A stretch of 64,000 nt of DNA from Octopus vulgaris (taxonomy: Eukaryota): positions 40,982,001 to 41,046,000 of the forward strand of contig OX597824.1 in the NCBI GenBank assembly GCA_951406725.2, in the 5' to 3' direction. The notes under the pieces were generated by a model, which saw only the letters and a list, made by a program, of their open reading frames with translations, searched no databases and had not been told where the DNA came from. Of the stretch, positions 62,761 through 64,000 are shown in pieces. Position 1 is the first letter of the stretch. Every line of letters starts with the position of its first letter. The position numbers were made by a program, and so were the translations under genes.

Positions 62761-63479
62761 CATCTGTAGATATAAAATATGGATGCTAATGATGAGGAAC
62801 TTTTATTTTCATTTAAGCTGGTGTTTAGAACATAAATCAACCTGAAAGTTTGATGAATGGTTTTAATTTAGATCACTTTAAAATGGGAAGATTGTAGCAG
62901 AGAACCAAAGCTGGGCTTGGGCAAATTACTAGCAAAAGGGTTAAAGTTTAAAATTTGGGTAAACTTGTAGATGGCCCATGTTTGTGTTCAAGAAGATTAT
63001 GAATAACGTGGATTTTGCTTTCGAGGCATTCATTACTACAGATTTTCTAAGACTTAAATAATATTTTAAATATCTGTAGCCCACCCAAATACCCCTTGTA
63101 TGCTATTTCTATCAGGTCACATGACCACATTGATGTTTCCTCATTGGCTCATAACTGATCCTATTGTAAAAAAACAAACAAACATTGGACAATGTAGTTT
63201 TTAGATATGGAGAAAAATCAGGTTGGTTTAGGAAGGAATGCTTTTCATTATAAGTCTGTACTACTTGAGCTGATATAGAGCTAAAATACAAAATGAATTT
63301 TGCCACATTTGTGTGTGTGAGTGTGTTAGTGTGGGTGTTAGTGTATATGTGTCACTGTATGTGAGGTTTTGTGAAAATGGGAGAAAATATATGATGGAAT
63401 TTTTGAATAAAATTTCTTATTAATAATTCAAATCTATTTTGTTTTGAGTTTTTCTTTAATTCTTCTTTGATGCACTTTA

Positions 63480-63680
63480 TTGTCTGTGTTGTATTGGTGG
63501 TAGTGTTTTAGTGGTCTGTGTTGTGTGTAGCGTTTTTATGTTTTGTGTTGGTGGCAGTGTTTCAGTGGTCTGTGCTGGTGGTAGCATTTTAATGGTCTGT
63601 GTCGTGTTAATAGCAGTGTTTCAGTGGTCCATGTTGTGTTGAGGTAGTGATTTAGTGGTTTGTGTTGTATTGGTGGTAGT
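63480..63680. repeat. Degenerate ~30-bp tandem repeat, about 6 copies
   Basis: ggtagtgtttcagtggtctgtgttgtgt-like units. Confidence 0.75.
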
Positions 63681-64000
63681 TCATAAATACCTTGTATAGA
63701 TATTGGGTTGGGTGAGTGGGTGGGAGGCAAAATGTATTTTAGTATTATGTATGTAGATGTAAGCATGACCAAGTGTTTACAGTTCACTTTGTAATCATGA
63801 GATTTTTGTTTCAATCCTCCTGCATAGCTATTGACAAATGTATTGTTTTTTTATACCATAACCTTGTGAGTGAAACTGGGTAGGTAGAAACTATGGGGAA
63901 TCACACTGATTCTACATGCAAATTATGTTAAGAGTACATATGTTTATGGAATACTCAGCCACTTACATGCTAAAATAATGAGTAAGTAGTTCATTTGACT

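Overview
AT-rich, microsatellite- and SINE-dense animal genomic DNA. The repeat families resemble those of octopus/coleoid cephalopods (inference, no database search run). The only well-supported protein-coding content is the 3' end of a Ral GTPase-activating protein alpha subunit gene (RALGAPA1/2 orthologue, + strand). It has exons at 1119-1243 and 2667-2785 joined by a GT-AG U12-type (minor spliceosome) intron, and a probable Ser/Thr-rich exon at 30905-31033 after a ~28 kb intron. The rest is intronic or intergenic: decayed mariner transposons, hAT/piggyBac/Tc1 MITEs, a Helentron-like element, a solo LTR, RTE and R4/Dong-like LINE fragments, three tRNA-derived SINE families and satellites. 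The most striking element occurs twice (about 1622-1979 and 52292-52763). It is a short non-coding retroelement with a tRNA-like Pol III head fused to a Penelope-type minimal hammerhead ribozyme, inserted as a head-to-head palindrome. The second copy has a 15-bp target-site duplication and an uninserted paralogous site 0.9 kb upstream. Almost all ORFs in the supplied track are low-complexity or repeat artefacts.
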